From NCBI GenBank assembly GCA_951406725.2, contig OX597817.1:74028001-74092000 (forward strand): a stretch of DNA of 64,000 nt, in the 5' to 3' direction. Numbering within the stretch: the stretch's first letter is position 1; each line of letters starts with the position of its first letter. The notes beneath the pieces are model-generated. The model made no database searches and was not told where the DNA came from. It saw only the letters and a program-made list of their open reading frames with translations. Position numbers and translations under genes: made by a program. Of this stretch, positions 50,762 to 64,000 are shown piece after piece. This DNA is from Octopus vulgaris (taxonomy: Eukaryota).

Positions 50762-51560
50762 CTAGCAGGACCCGTGGAAATTCCACGGTATAAATTAGTA
50801 CACTTGAAAACATGTAAGTATATCAAAACCGAGCAGGGAATTTCAAAAGTTCCGTTTGATATCTTGTCATTTAATGTGTTGCTTGTAATATGTGTGACCA
50901 ATATGATGTGCTTTGTAGTTTAAAGAAATAAAAGATGAGTTAAAAAGATAAAATTTATTCATATACATTGATTAATTGTTTATTATTCACAATTTTGTAA
51001 ATAGCAAACATTCGTCTGTCCTTGTGGCCAGTGAGTAGGACAGCCTTACAGGGAACTGATCCCGTTCCGAAATGAAGTGAAAGTTGGAGTCATTTGGAGC
51101 TAACTTCATGCGAGGAAAAGCAGTCCTTCTTGTGCACCTGTTACTGAAGTGGCTTCAATGCACTTACTGTCGAAGTTGGTACATCCTACATGTAGTACAT
51201 GTTTAGTTTTTGAAAAATAATCCTTTTCATTCTTTCTCTTTTTAGCTAATGTCGTCTGTCCATATTTTATAAACAAATGTTTCGATTGGGAAGACGATAA
51301 TTGATTGCATTGAAGCGCATATGTTAAGTGACAGAATTGCAATAAAAATAAAAGCACGTAAACAAACTACACTGTTCGTTGTCCAGCCACCAACAAGTTT
51401 CAACCCAAATTATTTACCAACAGAGAATATTTTCATTTTTGTTTCATTGTTTTTTACCATTTTGCTTCAGTTCACCGATTTATCTACTTGTATATTTATT
51501 AATATATCTCTATATTTGCATAACTTTTGATATATCGGTAGGCTCATCTACCTCCCTATC
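50762..51560 (-). mobile_element. Helitron 3' portion with PIF1-helicase relic
   Basis: Minus strand ends with hairpin CCGTGGAA-t-TTCCACGG then CTAG|T; upstream CIEATSVTG and FISERDQFPVRLSYS..QGQT (cf. RRQFPVRLAFAMTINKSQGQT). Confidence 0.85.
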
Positions 51561-51567
51561 TACCTAC

Positions 51568-52905
51568 CAAAGATGGACACCGTTAATCGAAAAGTTAAAT
51601 TCGTTAACCGTTAATCCGTTAATCAAAAAGTTAACTTCGAAAACCGTTAATCAGTTAATTCATTAAAAATGTAACGGAAGTTATCGTTAAGCCGTTAACG
51701 TTAATTTTTATTATACAAAAGTACAAAAAATAAGTTTTTATTCTAAAACCACCGAAAAACCCCTTTAGAAAGTACCAAAATTATAAAATCAACTTTTTGG
51801 CCTTTTTTAGGGCTTTAGAATCCCAAAACTCTAGTGTTTTTTTGTTTTTTTTTAGAGTTTAAAAAAATGCTGATTTTATAGTTTTAACTTTTAAAAGACC
51901 TAAAAGAGGCTGATTTCATAGTTTTGGCCCTTTTTAGGTTTTTAAAGGCTTTTAGAGTCAGAAAAGGGTAAAAGGGAAACTCAAGTGAAACACAATATTT
52001 GTATTAAACCAGAAAAGTTTATTGATAAAGTGGCTGTAAAAAAATAAAAATTAAAAATTAAAAACACGATGTATACATGACTTAATTTTTCCTCTTCTTC
52101 TCGTTCTCCATTCTGTTAATGAGATGCATGTCGCCCTTCATGAAGATTAGCATGTCAAAGTTTTCATTAGACAAGGATGATCTCTTGGCTCTCGAGATGT
52201 CCTTGCCCATAGGGAACAAACGCTCAACTGCAGCCCTGGAGGGGATGACTGTGTTGAACTTGATGAACAAGTCCACCAATACTTCCTCACCCACGAAGGT
52301 GACATCTGTCAGCAAGTCCTTGGAGATGGTCTTCAACTAGGTCTTGACCAAATTCTGGGCCTTGTCCTTGAGTGATCTGTGGCTCCTGCTGCTCTCTTTT
52401 GGCTGGGTGACACCACTGAAGAAGTCATCTTCTTGCGCTCCGTTGTTGCTGCCTTCACTGTTGCTGCTCACTTCGTCAGAGAGCTGCTTCATGGCCTTCT
52501 CGACCTTATCTTCCATGCTTTTCCTCGCCTTGGCGACCTTGGTATTGTCATACTTATCCACCCAGATGAGGCGAAACCTAGGGTGGAAGGCAGCAGCCAT
52601 CTGGCACATCTCATCCTCCAGGAGGGTCCTAAACCTTTTATCGGTGCCTTCTAAAAGTGCGTCGACCAAGGGGCCTCAGTAGACGAGGTCCTTGGACTTC
52701 AAGTCCTTGAGCCTAAAGATCGTCGCAGCAATTTGAGTTAACGGAAGTTAACTCAAGCCGACTTAAGTTAACGGAAATTAAATGTAGCGGAAGATAATTA
52801 GTCCGATAATGTTTTCCAAAGTTAACTTAAAAGTTAAATGGTCAACGAAAATGTTAACTTCGTTAATTAACGATTAACGGATTAACAGTTTGGTGCCCAG
52901 GTTTG
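51568..52905 (-). mobile_element. Internally deleted hAT (Ac/Tol2-like) transposon with TIRs and 8-bp TSD
   Basis: TSD ctacctac at 51560-51567 and 52906-52913; TIRs CAAAGATGGACAC / GTGCCCAGGTTTG; subterminal GTTAA(C) arrays at both ends. Confidence 0.92.
52082..52730 (-). pseudogene. hAT transposase C-terminal fragment
   Basis: AAAFHPRFRLIW, LFIKFNTVIPSRAAVERLF, RSSLSNENFDMLIFMK; an in-frame stop separates the two listed ORFs. Confidence 0.9.
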
Positions 52906-53865
52906 CTACCTACATAGGTACCTACGTGCTTACCTGTCTACCTGTCTGTCTGTCTGTCTGTCTAAGTAACTATCATACCTACTTTCCCTTCTGCCGATGT
53001 GCGTACCTGCTTACTTACATTATACCAATAAGCATTTAAACCTAATAAAATAATAAAAATTAAAAAAAACAGGAATTGAATAACAGTATTGTCCCACCAT
53101 GGTCACAGGTTTTGGTCTGGGACACGTAAAAGATAAAAGTGTAACTTACACAGCTATTTGCTAAGTTTCTTTCATTTTAATTTAACTACGTATCGATATA
53201 TCTTTTAAAGCATAAATTTATAGATCTTCCTACCTCCCCTCCGCTCTCTCTAATAATGTAGACCTCCTCTCTCCCTTCCTCTCTCTCTTTCTCTTCTTTC
53301 CCCTCTCTCCCTCTGTCTCTCTTTCTCTTTCGTAGTTTTCCCTGTTTCAACTATGTCGTTCTCGCTTTGTTCATTGTTGTTCTTTGGTTCGTTCTTTTTC
53401 TTCTTCCCATCCTGTCTTTATACATACATACATACATACATACATACATACATACATACATACATACATACATACATACATACATACATACATACATACA
53501 TACATACATACATACATGTATATATACTTCAGCATTCAAGTTATAACTTCTTTTGATGATATAAGTGTAATACATGTAGACGACAGACAAGAACAAGTAG
53601 AACATTATGATAATTATACATTCGATCCATCGATTGTATTGAACGTGCAATTCGAAGATCACCCTTGTCATACACTGTGACACCATGAATCTTCCTGTGT
53701 AATACTCAGCTATTCCACTCACTAATTCAACGAGTAGATAGTTCAGTTAATCGAATAATTGAATTAACTACTCGCCGCTAAAACTGACAGAGAATACATT
53801 ACATTATGTGTGTATGTATGTGTGTGTGTGTGTACGTACATACATACATACATTACATACATACA

Positions 53866-53896
<31 letters not shown>

Positions 53897-53910
53897 CATA
53901 CATACATACA

Positions 53911-53941
<31 letters not shown>

Positions 53942-53944
53942 GCC

Positions 53945-54250
53945 TGGAATGACCAATTTTAAATACTATTGGAACTTAATCTCAAGGTACAGGAATCTTA
54001 TATGTATATCATTCTGCCTAGATAATGGAACTGAAGATACAATATCCCTATATATCTCACGTCTATTTTCATTCTTTCACTTCACTCTCTATTTTATATC
54101 TTATCTACAATAACTATTGCTTAACCATCTTCCCACACCGTCTCCGATGAAGGGATATATAAAATATCCCGGAAACAGCTGCAAGACCTATTTATAAATG
54201 TTCTGAAATCTTTACAGCCTTGGATTTTTATCTCATTCTGTTAAATTTAG

Positions 54251-54258
<8 letters not shown>
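53945..54258 (+). mobile_element. Penelope-like 3' fragment
   Basis: Carries the hammerhead motif at 54140-54187; sits between (CATA)n and (TA)n. Confidence 0.55.
54140..54187 (+). ncRNA. Minimal type I hammerhead-like motif (core variant)
   Basis: GTCT-CCGATGA-A-GGGATAT-ataaa-ATATCCC-G-GAAA-CAGCTG-CA-AGAC; U4 and U16.1 positions are C, so probably inactive. Confidence 0.65.
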
Positions 54259-54297
<39 letters not shown>

Positions 54298-54301
<4 letters not shown>

Positions 54302-54610
54302 GGGTAGGGTATTTGGCTCACGATCATAAGGGCGAGTTCGATTTCCAGCAGTACGCTGAGTCGTTGAGCAAGTTCTTTATTTCTCGCAGCTCCAGTACAT
54401 CTAGCTGACAAAATGAGTTGTATCTGTAATACTTATGATTCAAAGGGCCAGTCTTGTCACACACTGTGCACGCTTACAAGCACTGGGAACTAAGTTAAAA
54501 GTACACGTGTCTGTGGGGTGCACAGCTACTTTCATGTTAACTTCACAAGTAGGCCTTTCCGTTGATCGAATCAACTGGAACACTCATCTCGTAATCGACA
54601 TCGACGAAGA
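54298..54610 (+). mobile_element. CORE-type SINE, decayed
   Basis: ggctcacgatcataagggcgagttcgattt..ttgagcaag..; reverse orientation of the 45748 family. Confidence 0.7.
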
Positions 54611-54611
54611 G

Positions 54612-54710
<99 letters not shown>

Positions 54711-56713
54711 TATGAAAACAGCGTTGCCTAACAGCTGTCCAGGAGTATAACTACTCACTGCTGGGTAATTTTGTCCGGCGTCCTATGAATTTTGCCCGTC
54801 GTCGCTCTATAAAATATTACTTAGATATTTCATATTCAAATGTTTTTGTTGAAGTACCTAAAGAAACCATATCTAAAGTAAGAAGATGCAGAGAGGAATG
54901 CTTAATTTCTGAAAAAAAAAATGAAATGAACAGGACTGAACGGGAGTTATTTATAAAAGATGACAAAAAGATTGAGAATAGCGTAGGTTACGGATGATGA
55001 CTCTTAACTCTACTCAAAAGGGAAAACATTAATCGCAAGAGGAAATACAATAACAACGTAGCCTTCCTTAAAATTCACAAAAAGAAAATGGAACAAAGAA
55101 TATAAATCAAGTCTGAGCCGTTCATTTTTTTTTCTGAGTTAAATAAAGGAACCAATGTCTGTCTTCTTCAATATTACATATTCACTAAAGAAAAATCATA
55201 GCAGTCATCAAAGTAAGTCCATTCAGTTTCACATAATGTATGTGTGAGTATTTGTGGAAGCAGTAAATGTACTTCCAATCGATGGCAAAGAAAGTTGTCA
55301 AACCGTGTTACCAACTTACTATATGGAGACTAGCAGCAGATAAAATAGACTTTTCTTTTCCTTTCTTTCCTTTCCTTTTTTTCTTTCTTTCTTTGTCTAA
55401 TGATACAATGAAACTTTGATCTAGTACGACTGCCGAAAATCTGAAGCACCAGCTGAGGCGAAACTGTTGTAAGCATAATTTTTCACTCAGCTGTTTGATG
55501 AAATAGCAGACATTTAAAGCGATGCACAATTTACTGTATATCGTTCTTCCTCGGATCAAAGCATGGGAAATATTGTCGATCGTTCGCCTATTATGCTTGT
55601 CAGACAGAGAACAAATTACATGTAAATTTATTTTCTTTAAACTTAACGAATTCATGGAAAATGAAAATTATCTTGGAGCAAATGTGTTACCATGACTTTT
55701 AATATTGTTGTTTACATCAGAAAGCACTGGTTTCTACGAATCTGAATATTTATCATAATTAGAAAAGATGAACGAGAAGAATTGTTGGAAGATAAAGAAA
55801 TCTTAATGCTGTGTCCCCATAAGCAATATATAACATTAAAAAAATAAACTAAAATAGCTGCTTGGAAGGGGTTAAGCGTAGACATATCTGAAGATCATAT
55901 GATTCGGTGACAGTCACGTGGAAGTGCCTTAGCAAAAGTATTGTACTTCAATGAGTGATGTGAAAGTAGTGTATTTCAACGATAACATTCGGCTAGATAA
56001 ATTGTAGCAGATGACTTCCATTATAGAACATTTGAATCGGTTCAGTTCGTTACTTTCAGATAAAGGTGACACTGTTCACCATGTGACATAGTAATGTACG
56101 TAATGGTAATTCTCCCAATTTCCTGCGTTTGGAAAGGAAAGATATTCTATCCGCTTTATGTTCAAATTGGCCAGATTTGACCTCTCGCACCTACTCTACA
56201 CTGTTATTGTAGAAAATAAACTATCACATCATTGAAATCTTGAGGCTACAAGATAATACATGATAAATTCAAAACAATGTAGCCATTGTCCTGTAGTCAT
56301 TGTAGCCAAGTCCTGTAGCCATTGGTAATAATAATAAGACATTCTAAAGGTCATCATTTGTGACCAATTTTTTAAAAAGATTTGAACTCAGAATCTTTTT
56401 GAAATTAGAAAATTAAACAGAATTAGCTTCTGTATACTAGATTCGGTATCGCGAGTTTCTTTTCAGAAGGAAATTCAATCTTCGTTCGAAAAACAGGAGT
56501 AAAGAATAATCATTATTGACAATTGTTTCTATTTCAGGCAAAAAGTCAGCAGTGTTCAGGAAAGGGGCTTCTTGGTACCATCGATTCCATTTCTTGAGTG
56601 ACAGTTTATTTTACCGACCCTAGAAGGAAGAAAGGCAGAATATGAACTGCGAGGTAAACGACTGGAAGTTCCGAGCCGCTAACTAATCCAAAGCCCTGTA
56701 GCTATTGGTAATA

Positions 56714-56782
<69 letters not shown>

Positions 56783-56814
56783 GTGATGATGATAATAATA
56801 GTAATAATAATAAT

Positions 56815-56967
56815 GGTTTCAAATGTTACCACAAGGGCAGCCATGAAGGGGTTTGTCGATTAAATCGAACCCTCCTCCAGCGTTTCACTGATACTTAATT
56901 TATCGACCCGAAAGGACGAAAGGTAAAGTCGACTGCGGCAGAATTTGAACTCAGAACGTAGCGCCTT

Positions 56968-57023
<56 letters not shown>

Positions 57024-57265
57024 TGATGATGATGATGATGATGATGATAATAATGTTTCACATTTTGCCACAAAGCCAGCAATTTCGGAGAAGAGGATGA
57101 GTAGAATACATCGACCCCAATACTAAACTGGTACTTATTTTCTCGAACCAGAAAAAAGGAAATACAAAGTTGACCTCGGCGGAATTTGCATTCAGAACGT
57201 AAAGACGAACGAAATGCCGCTAAGCATTTTGTCCGGCGTGCTAACGATTCTGCCAGCTCGCTGCT
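56815..57265 (-). mobile_element. Two OK-like SINE copies separated by (AAT/GAT)n
   Basis: aaagtcgactgcggcagaatttgaactcagaacgta and gacctcggcggaatttgcattcagaacg..ctaacgattctgccagctcgc. Confidence 0.8.
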
Positions 57266-57267
57266 CG

Positions 57268-57801
<534 letters not shown>

Positions 57802-58111
57802 TATAATAATAATAATTATAATAATAATAATTTATAGGATTGAGGTAACTCCTTTAGTAGGTATACAGAAGCAAAAAAAAACAGAAGAGTGCTATTGTTA
57901 TCAAGTGAACGATATTTCGGTATCTAGTGTACCTTCCACAAGTTCAAAAAATAAACTTGTCAATCTACTTCATTTTTGCTAATATTTTTTTCTTCTTTTT
58001 TTTTTTTGTTTTGTTTTTTTGCTTCTGCCAAAAATGGAGTAGATTGACAAGTTTAATTTATGAACCTGTGGAAGGCACGCTAGATGCCGAAATGTCGTTC
58101 ACTTGATAACA

Positions 58112-58202
<91 letters not shown>

Positions 58203-58211
58203 TAATAATAA

Positions 58212-58274
<63 letters not shown>

Positions 58275-58394
58275 TGATGATGATGATGATGATATTGATG
58301 ATTTCTAAAACATGTTAGTGTAGTCTAGAAGTAGAGTACTCGTTTATTTGTGGTACACAATCAAAATAATAAAAAAACATTGCTTCTAAGAATA

Positions 58395-59053
58395 TATACC
58401 AAACAGAGAAGTGATGAAACAAATTGAAAAGGAAGTCTACAAGTACCTTGGTATATTAGAGTTCAATGAAATCACGGAGAAGGAAATGAAAGGACAGCTG
58501 AGGAAAGAATATTTCCAAAGACTACGATTGACGTTACGCTCAAAATTGACTGGATGGAATAAAATCCAAGTAGTAAAGACATGAGCGATAGCATCACTTC
58601 GGTATGGTGCTGGAATCATAAACTCGCCAAAGAAAGAACTGATGAGCATGGATACGAAGTCACGGAAAATATTTACAGTGCACGGTTCATTCCAATCCTA
58701 AGAGTGACCCTGATTGGTTGCACTTGTCCAGAAGAAAGGGTCGGCGAGGCTTGATCAGGTGCTCGAATTGTGTTGAAGCAGAGGAAAACAGTATATGAAG
58801 AAAGTGGACGTGATACCAATAGTAATTGGTGAACTTGGAAGTATCAGCGCTCAACTACTAACGTGACCCAAAAAGATTGGAGCAAATATAAAAGTGGAAC
58901 ACCTACAAAAATCAGCATTGCTTGGAACAGCAAGAGTTCTCCGCAGGGTCCTTGAAGCATTTTCAGTAAATAAGTGTCACCTTAGTCTGCTGGCTGTGGG
59001 TAGCTGACGCTTTTCATTATACCCAGCAAAATAAGCCGAAAGTTTTCATCAAA
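58395..59053 (+). mobile_element. 5'-truncated, internally deleted Dong/R4 element
   Basis: YKYLGILE, EYFQRLR..SKLTGWNK, LRYGAGII, SRRKG/RGL, VIPIVIGELG, LQKSALLGTARVLRRVL; ends in (AAT/GAT)n. Confidence 0.88.
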
Positions 59054-59599
59054 ATAATAATGATTATAACGATGATGATGATGATGATGACGACGACGAC
59101 GATGATGATGATGATAATGATGATGATGATGATGATGATGGTGATGACGACGATGATGATGATGATGATGGTTGTGGTGGTGGTGGTGGTGGTGATGATG
59201 ATTTTCAAAACATGTTAGGATAGTCTAGAATTAGACTATTCATTTATCTGTGGTAGACATATAGAATAAAAAAATAAAAACATTGCTTCTAAGAATCTAA
59301 TTTTAAATTCTAAGACTGTTGTATACTAATTCTACTTTATGTAAACTACGTAGATAAAAATTCTAATAATGTTTTCAGTTTAGTAGGTATTTTTTGTTAC
59401 TCTTAGTTTTTTTCACATACTTTTAGGATGTTCAAAAAGCTGAATATAATAAACAGATAAGAAATTAGTTAATTTATGTTTTGTTGCACATGTGACAAAA
59501 TTAATTACAAATGAAATTATACACAATGGAAAATAAGACTAACTTTGCCAAAAGCAACGAAATTTAGTCGCAGTTCAATAAAATTTTGTTCGTGAAAGT

Positions 59600-60166
59600 C
59601 AGTAAAATACTTTTAGGAAGTATTGTTTTATAAAATGTTAAGCTCGTTGTCTCTCAAACTGCACAGTCCATTTGGTGGAGAATCTTTTAAGGCCTGACAA
59701 CATCACGAAGGTTTACGCTTGATATACGTCTCTACCTTCTTTGTAAAGACAATCAGCCGAGGGAAAACCTTCTTTACGAAACAAGGTCACACCAGCTTCA
59801 TAAGAACATCTGTACATTCGGTAGACACACTGTACATCTGCATTGGAGTACATAGATCGTGTTGAAAGCCCCGCAGAGTGATTTCTATTACATTCTCTTC
59901 TTAGGATTTCAAATATGAAATGTACTGAGATGAAAAACTCTTGTTAACTGAGATCATTCATGCAATAACTATACAAAAGTCATTCTAGGGGCTTAACAAT
60001 TAAAAGCAACCAATAAAATCAAACAAATGAAGATATAGAAAATACAATAAGGGAATGGATCTGGTCTTTAAATTAACTGATGAGAGCAACAGCATGTTTC
60101 GACTAATAACCTCGTCGGCGGAGTATATTCTAGTCAGTTGGCTAAACGTAGAAATGATGAAAGGAT

Positions 60167-60203
<37 letters not shown>

Positions 60204-60560
60204 AAATGTTGCGATGCTGACAACCAACAAAAGAGTCGCAGCAGGAAATACCTCAGTAGCTGGCATGCATTCTGCATCCTAAACATTCATGCGGCAGGTC
60301 TCACACTTGTAATAAAGTAGGGTGAAGAACTTCTATTAGCTTTGGTTATCTAAACAATGAATAGACAAAACTGCTCTCTACAAGAATTGATGAAAGAAAA
60401 GTATACTAGCAAGGACGATAATTCAAATAAAACGAATTATTTGAAATTCTGGAAAATATACAAAAATCTAGTAACGACATGGACATAAATTTAAAGTCAA
60501 TTCACCTGGTGAAAGCAACAGACATGTTTCGGTGTTATTAGACCTCTTCAGCGAAGATTT
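59600..60560. mobile_element. Possible old Penelope-like relic with two minus-strand hammerhead motifs (60088-60120, 60519-60553)
   Basis: Minus strand CTGAAGA-GGT-ctaataac-ACC-GAAA-CATGTC and CCGACGA-GG..TC-GAAA-CATGC; only weak GIY-YIG-like traces on + (KC*ARC, LIYV, GLN). Confidence 0.4.
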
Positions 60561-60724
60561 TCTGCTCAGTTGAAAAAACTTAAAAGTGATTGGTATATAT
60601 AGAAAAAGAGAGAATATAGTGAGGCTGCTTATAAATTTTTTTCTGATTTAAGTACAAAACCAATAGTTTTGTGGAGAAGGGTTGGTCAATACTATCGACC
60701 TTAGTACTTGACTAATACTTTTTC

Positions 60725-61720
60725 CGCTATCTACAGCTAACAGAGTGACTGCGCAATTCATCAGAGAAGGGAAGAAGTTCACATCACCTCGCCCAGATCA
60801 ATCAGGGCCCTCTGACAGGACCTTACTCTTTGCTAAGAGAAGTGTGGCGGATAATGCTCGTTGCAAGGCCTCTGACAGCAGAACTAGTTGATGTCAATCC
60901 CAGAAGAACTGTCGGGTATCTCCACAAACCTGGTTACTATAGCAGAGCAGCAAGAAGGAAGCCACTTTTTCGACCAGCAAACATCAAGCAGAGAAAAGAT
61001 TGGGCCAGTGAGATGGTGGAGAGGCCGATAATATTTTGGGACAATGTCATATTCTCTGATGAGTCCAGATTTGCTGTATTTCCTAAGAATGGTCGAGTGT
61101 GGGTCTGGAGACTCTGTGATCAAAAATTTGATTTGAAAAGAATGCAGCCAACAATGAAACAGAACAGCAATTCTGTGATGGTCTGAGATACAATTTGTAG
61201 CAATGGTTGATCAGAGCTGGTGGAGTGTGAGGTCAACATAAACTCAGATAAACATGTGTCCATATTGCAGAAAGGACTCCTTCCAAAGCTCTCTAGTGGT
61301 GAAATGATTAAAGAAGACTCTTTATTTATGGAAAACGGGCTCCTTCTCACCTGGCTAAAACGACCCAAGATTCGTTGGATGAGAATGGCATTAAAAAACT
61401 TCCATGGCCAAACCAGTCACCAGATATGAACCCTATTGAAGACTTCTGGAACAAAATGGACAGGGCACTTCATAAAAAGAACAAGAAAGCATCTTCAAAG
61501 CCAGATCTTTTGAGATTATTGCATGAAACTTGGCAAGAAATTCTTCAAGAGAATATTCATCATCCAATCATTAACATGCCCAATAGGGTCCTTGCATTGA
61601 AAAATGCAAAGGGCGTGTCTACTAAATATCAAATATTCACATTATAACAATTAATAAATAATTTGTATATATAATTTTAAATTTAAATAAATTTTAAATA
61701 TAAGGGTGTCTATTTATTCC
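60725..61720 (+). mobile_element. Tc1 (DD34E) transposon relic
   Basis: ARRKPL, WDNVIFSDESRF, RVWVWR, SVMV*, WPNQSPDMNPIEDFW, MPNRVLALKNAKGVSTKY. Confidence 0.92.
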
Positions 61721-61893
61721 TGTCATGTGTGTGTGTGTGTATATACATTTATGTATATATAAATATATATACAAATACATATATATATGTATATGTGTAT
61801 ATATATATATATATACATACATTGTGACCTCGTGTGTACCGTTGGCGATTTTTTCCCTCTGTCTTCCCTTCTCTGGATCTTTCCTTCTCCTAT

Positions 61894-61928
61894 GTTTTCG
61901 ACGAAGAGCTCCGCTCGAAACGTTAAAC
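61894..61928 (+). ncRNA. Minimal type I hammerhead-like motif in a Penelope-like terminal fragment (61822-62030)
   Basis: GTTT-TCGACGA-A-GAGC-tcc-GCTC-GAAA-CG-TT-AAAC; palindromic AACGTT stem III; core differs from CUGANGA at two positions. Confidence 0.6.
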
Positions 61929-62651
61929 CCTCCTTCTTTCCTTCTTTCCTGAGCGTCCAATAATACTATATTTGTTCCACGTCCTCGCGTTGTTGTGTTT
62001 TTTTGTGTTTTCTTGTTTGGATTAACTTTATATATATATATATATGTGTGTATATGTGTGTGTATATGTATATATGTATATATATATAAGCATACATATA
62101 TACATGTATGTATGTACACATATCTATGTAAGTATATAGAATGTGTAAATGTGTTGTGTCTGCGGACGGCAACCTGCACATGTATGCATTGTGAAATAAA
62201 ATGACAGAATGAATATATGCACACCCACTCGCTAAGACAAACATACGCACATACACGCTCGCGCGGGCGTACATGAAGCCTGATAAGAACATCATACAAG
62301 TAGACAGCTAAACATACAATAGCATGAACCAATAATCTGACGGAGATCAATATCTTCAAATAGATACACAATTATACTTAGACACACACACACACATGCA
62401 CGCAGATACACACATGCACACAGATACGGACGCGCGCGCACTGTGTGTTACTATGACAAACTGAATTATACTGCTACTGCTCCTCTTTTTCTTTTTCTTT
62501 GACACTTCACAAAACGACACCTGGAATAGTCTGGATCAGGCAGGCTGGGACAGTTATCTAATTAATATTTTATAATTATCTGTGTTAATTTATTACGATG
62601 CTCTACGCCAGTTATGTGCATTTGTTTGTGTATAGAGGCTCATGTATGCAA

Positions 62652-62698
<47 letters not shown>

Positions 62699-62769
62699 TA
62701 CGGAGATGTACTCGCATAGCAAGTAATTTGATCTGAGATCGTGTGCTGAAACGAAAACAATTGCAGCGT

Positions 62770-62814
<45 letters not shown>

Positions 62815-62934
62815 ATTGGTCTGTTTTACATGATTAAAAATACATCAACATTTAATAAAAGCTGTATACTGAAGTATATTCACATGTTAAAACTCCTAAA
62901 TATATGCGTACGTACATACAAATGTGTGTGTGGG

Positions 62935-63001
<67 letters not shown>

Positions 63002-63241
63002 TAGTAGCGAAAAGTGAGAATGGATGCCCAACATTGCATTCGGTAAATTGGTGGATAAATTATATTCTTTATTTGCGGAAAACTGTTGCTACCAATGATT
63101 TCACTGAAGAATGTTGGTAATTGGGTTCCATATCGAATATATAACATGCATATATATGTGTGTGTGTGTATGTGTGTATGTGATAGAGGGAGAGAGAGGG
63201 AGGGAAGAAAGAGAGAATGTGTGTGTGTGTGTGTGTACATA

Positions 63242-63329
<88 letters not shown>

Positions 63330-63924
63330 TACATATATATATGCAGAGACTGGCAGACGTGAGGGAGACACAAGGAGAGAGGAAGACAGAGAAAGTGATA
63401 GGGACTGAAAGAGACAGAGAAAAAGAGAGGGGGAGAGAAAGAAAACAATACTTAAATTGATGTATAATATACGTAATTATGCAGCAATCATTAACCACTT
63501 CATAGGGAAAATTATGCAACACAGAAAAGACAATGTTAATCAATGAAAAATATTACTCTACTTATATCGGCGAGTACGGGAGACAACACCGAACGTGTTT
63601 TTGTTTTATTAGATCTCTTCAGCTCTTCAGCTCTTCAGCGAAGCCTTGTCTTAACTGTAGCTGACAAATAAGCATAAAAGAATCACTAAATAAATTGGAA
63701 TGAGTTAGAGGTTACATTTTACGTATGGTATATAATAGTTAAGGTAGTGTGAATATATTGAATGTAATGAGTTAAAAGGCTAATTAGAAATAATTATTCA
63801 GTGAGAAGATGATGCTAGTCAATGCCTGCTATTATTTTAATTATTGAAATCTAGTATAGGACACTTCTGATTGCAGTTTTAGAATTTATTATTGGCTGCT
63901 GGTCAGTGGCAAGGTCGTAAAGAA

Positions 63925-64000
63925 AAGCACTCCGTCGGTTACGACGACGAGGGTTCCGGTTGATCCGAATCAACGGAACAGCCTGCTCGTGAAATTAACG
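63925..64000 (-). mobile_element. 3' end of a CORE-type SINE, running off the window
   Basis: tcggttacgacgacgagggttccggttgatccgaatcaacggaacagcctgctcgtgaaattaacg matches 45758-45820. Confidence 0.85.

Noticed and set aside
51580-51705. Regularly recurring GTTAA(C) words that could suggest a CRISPR-like array
   Set aside because: These are hAT subterminal repeats mirrored at 52736-52886; there is no repeat-spacer structure, and the context is eukaryotic.
53351-53722. Minus-strand ORF with a hydrophobic stretch resembling a membrane-protein exon
   Set aside because: Weak splice signals, adjacent to an asymmetric hairpin (53732-53775) and flanked by (CATA)n; more likely repeat debris.
55195-55345. 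GTAAGT donors on both strands with possible 8-11-nt microexons
   Set aside because: Not frame-preserving and with poor pyrimidine tracts; not supportable from sequence alone.

Overview
AT-rich, microsatellite-saturated animal genomic DNA. The tRNA-derived SINE families look like those I recall from Octopus (OK/OR types), so an octopod origin is inferred, not proven. There is no intact host gene, and nearly all ORF-track entries are microsatellite translations or transposon debris. The window is a nested graveyard of mobile elements: non-LTR retrotransposon relics (CRE-like, L1/Tx1, R4/Dong, RTE), mariner, Tc1, pogo/Tigger, hAT and piggyBac elements or MITEs, two Helitron ends, many SINEs, and Penelope-like fragments. 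Highlights: (1) many fold-back hairpins, several with one deletion-riddled arm, and minimal hammerhead-ribozyme motifs, including one with a ~85-nt stem-loop II present in both arms of a large inverted repeat; (2) the dominant SINE shares its 3' tail with the local L1/Tx1 LINEs; (3) retroelement families appear to target different microsatellites, with a probable 3' transduction and a ~100-bp target duplication; (4) a GC-rich hAT with intact TIRs/TSD that is a horizontal-transfer candidate; (5) one convincing 45/50-nt cassette-exon candidate at ~8966-9015; (6) a let-7-like 22-mer at 30248-30269. All family calls come from manual translation and motif recall, with no database search.
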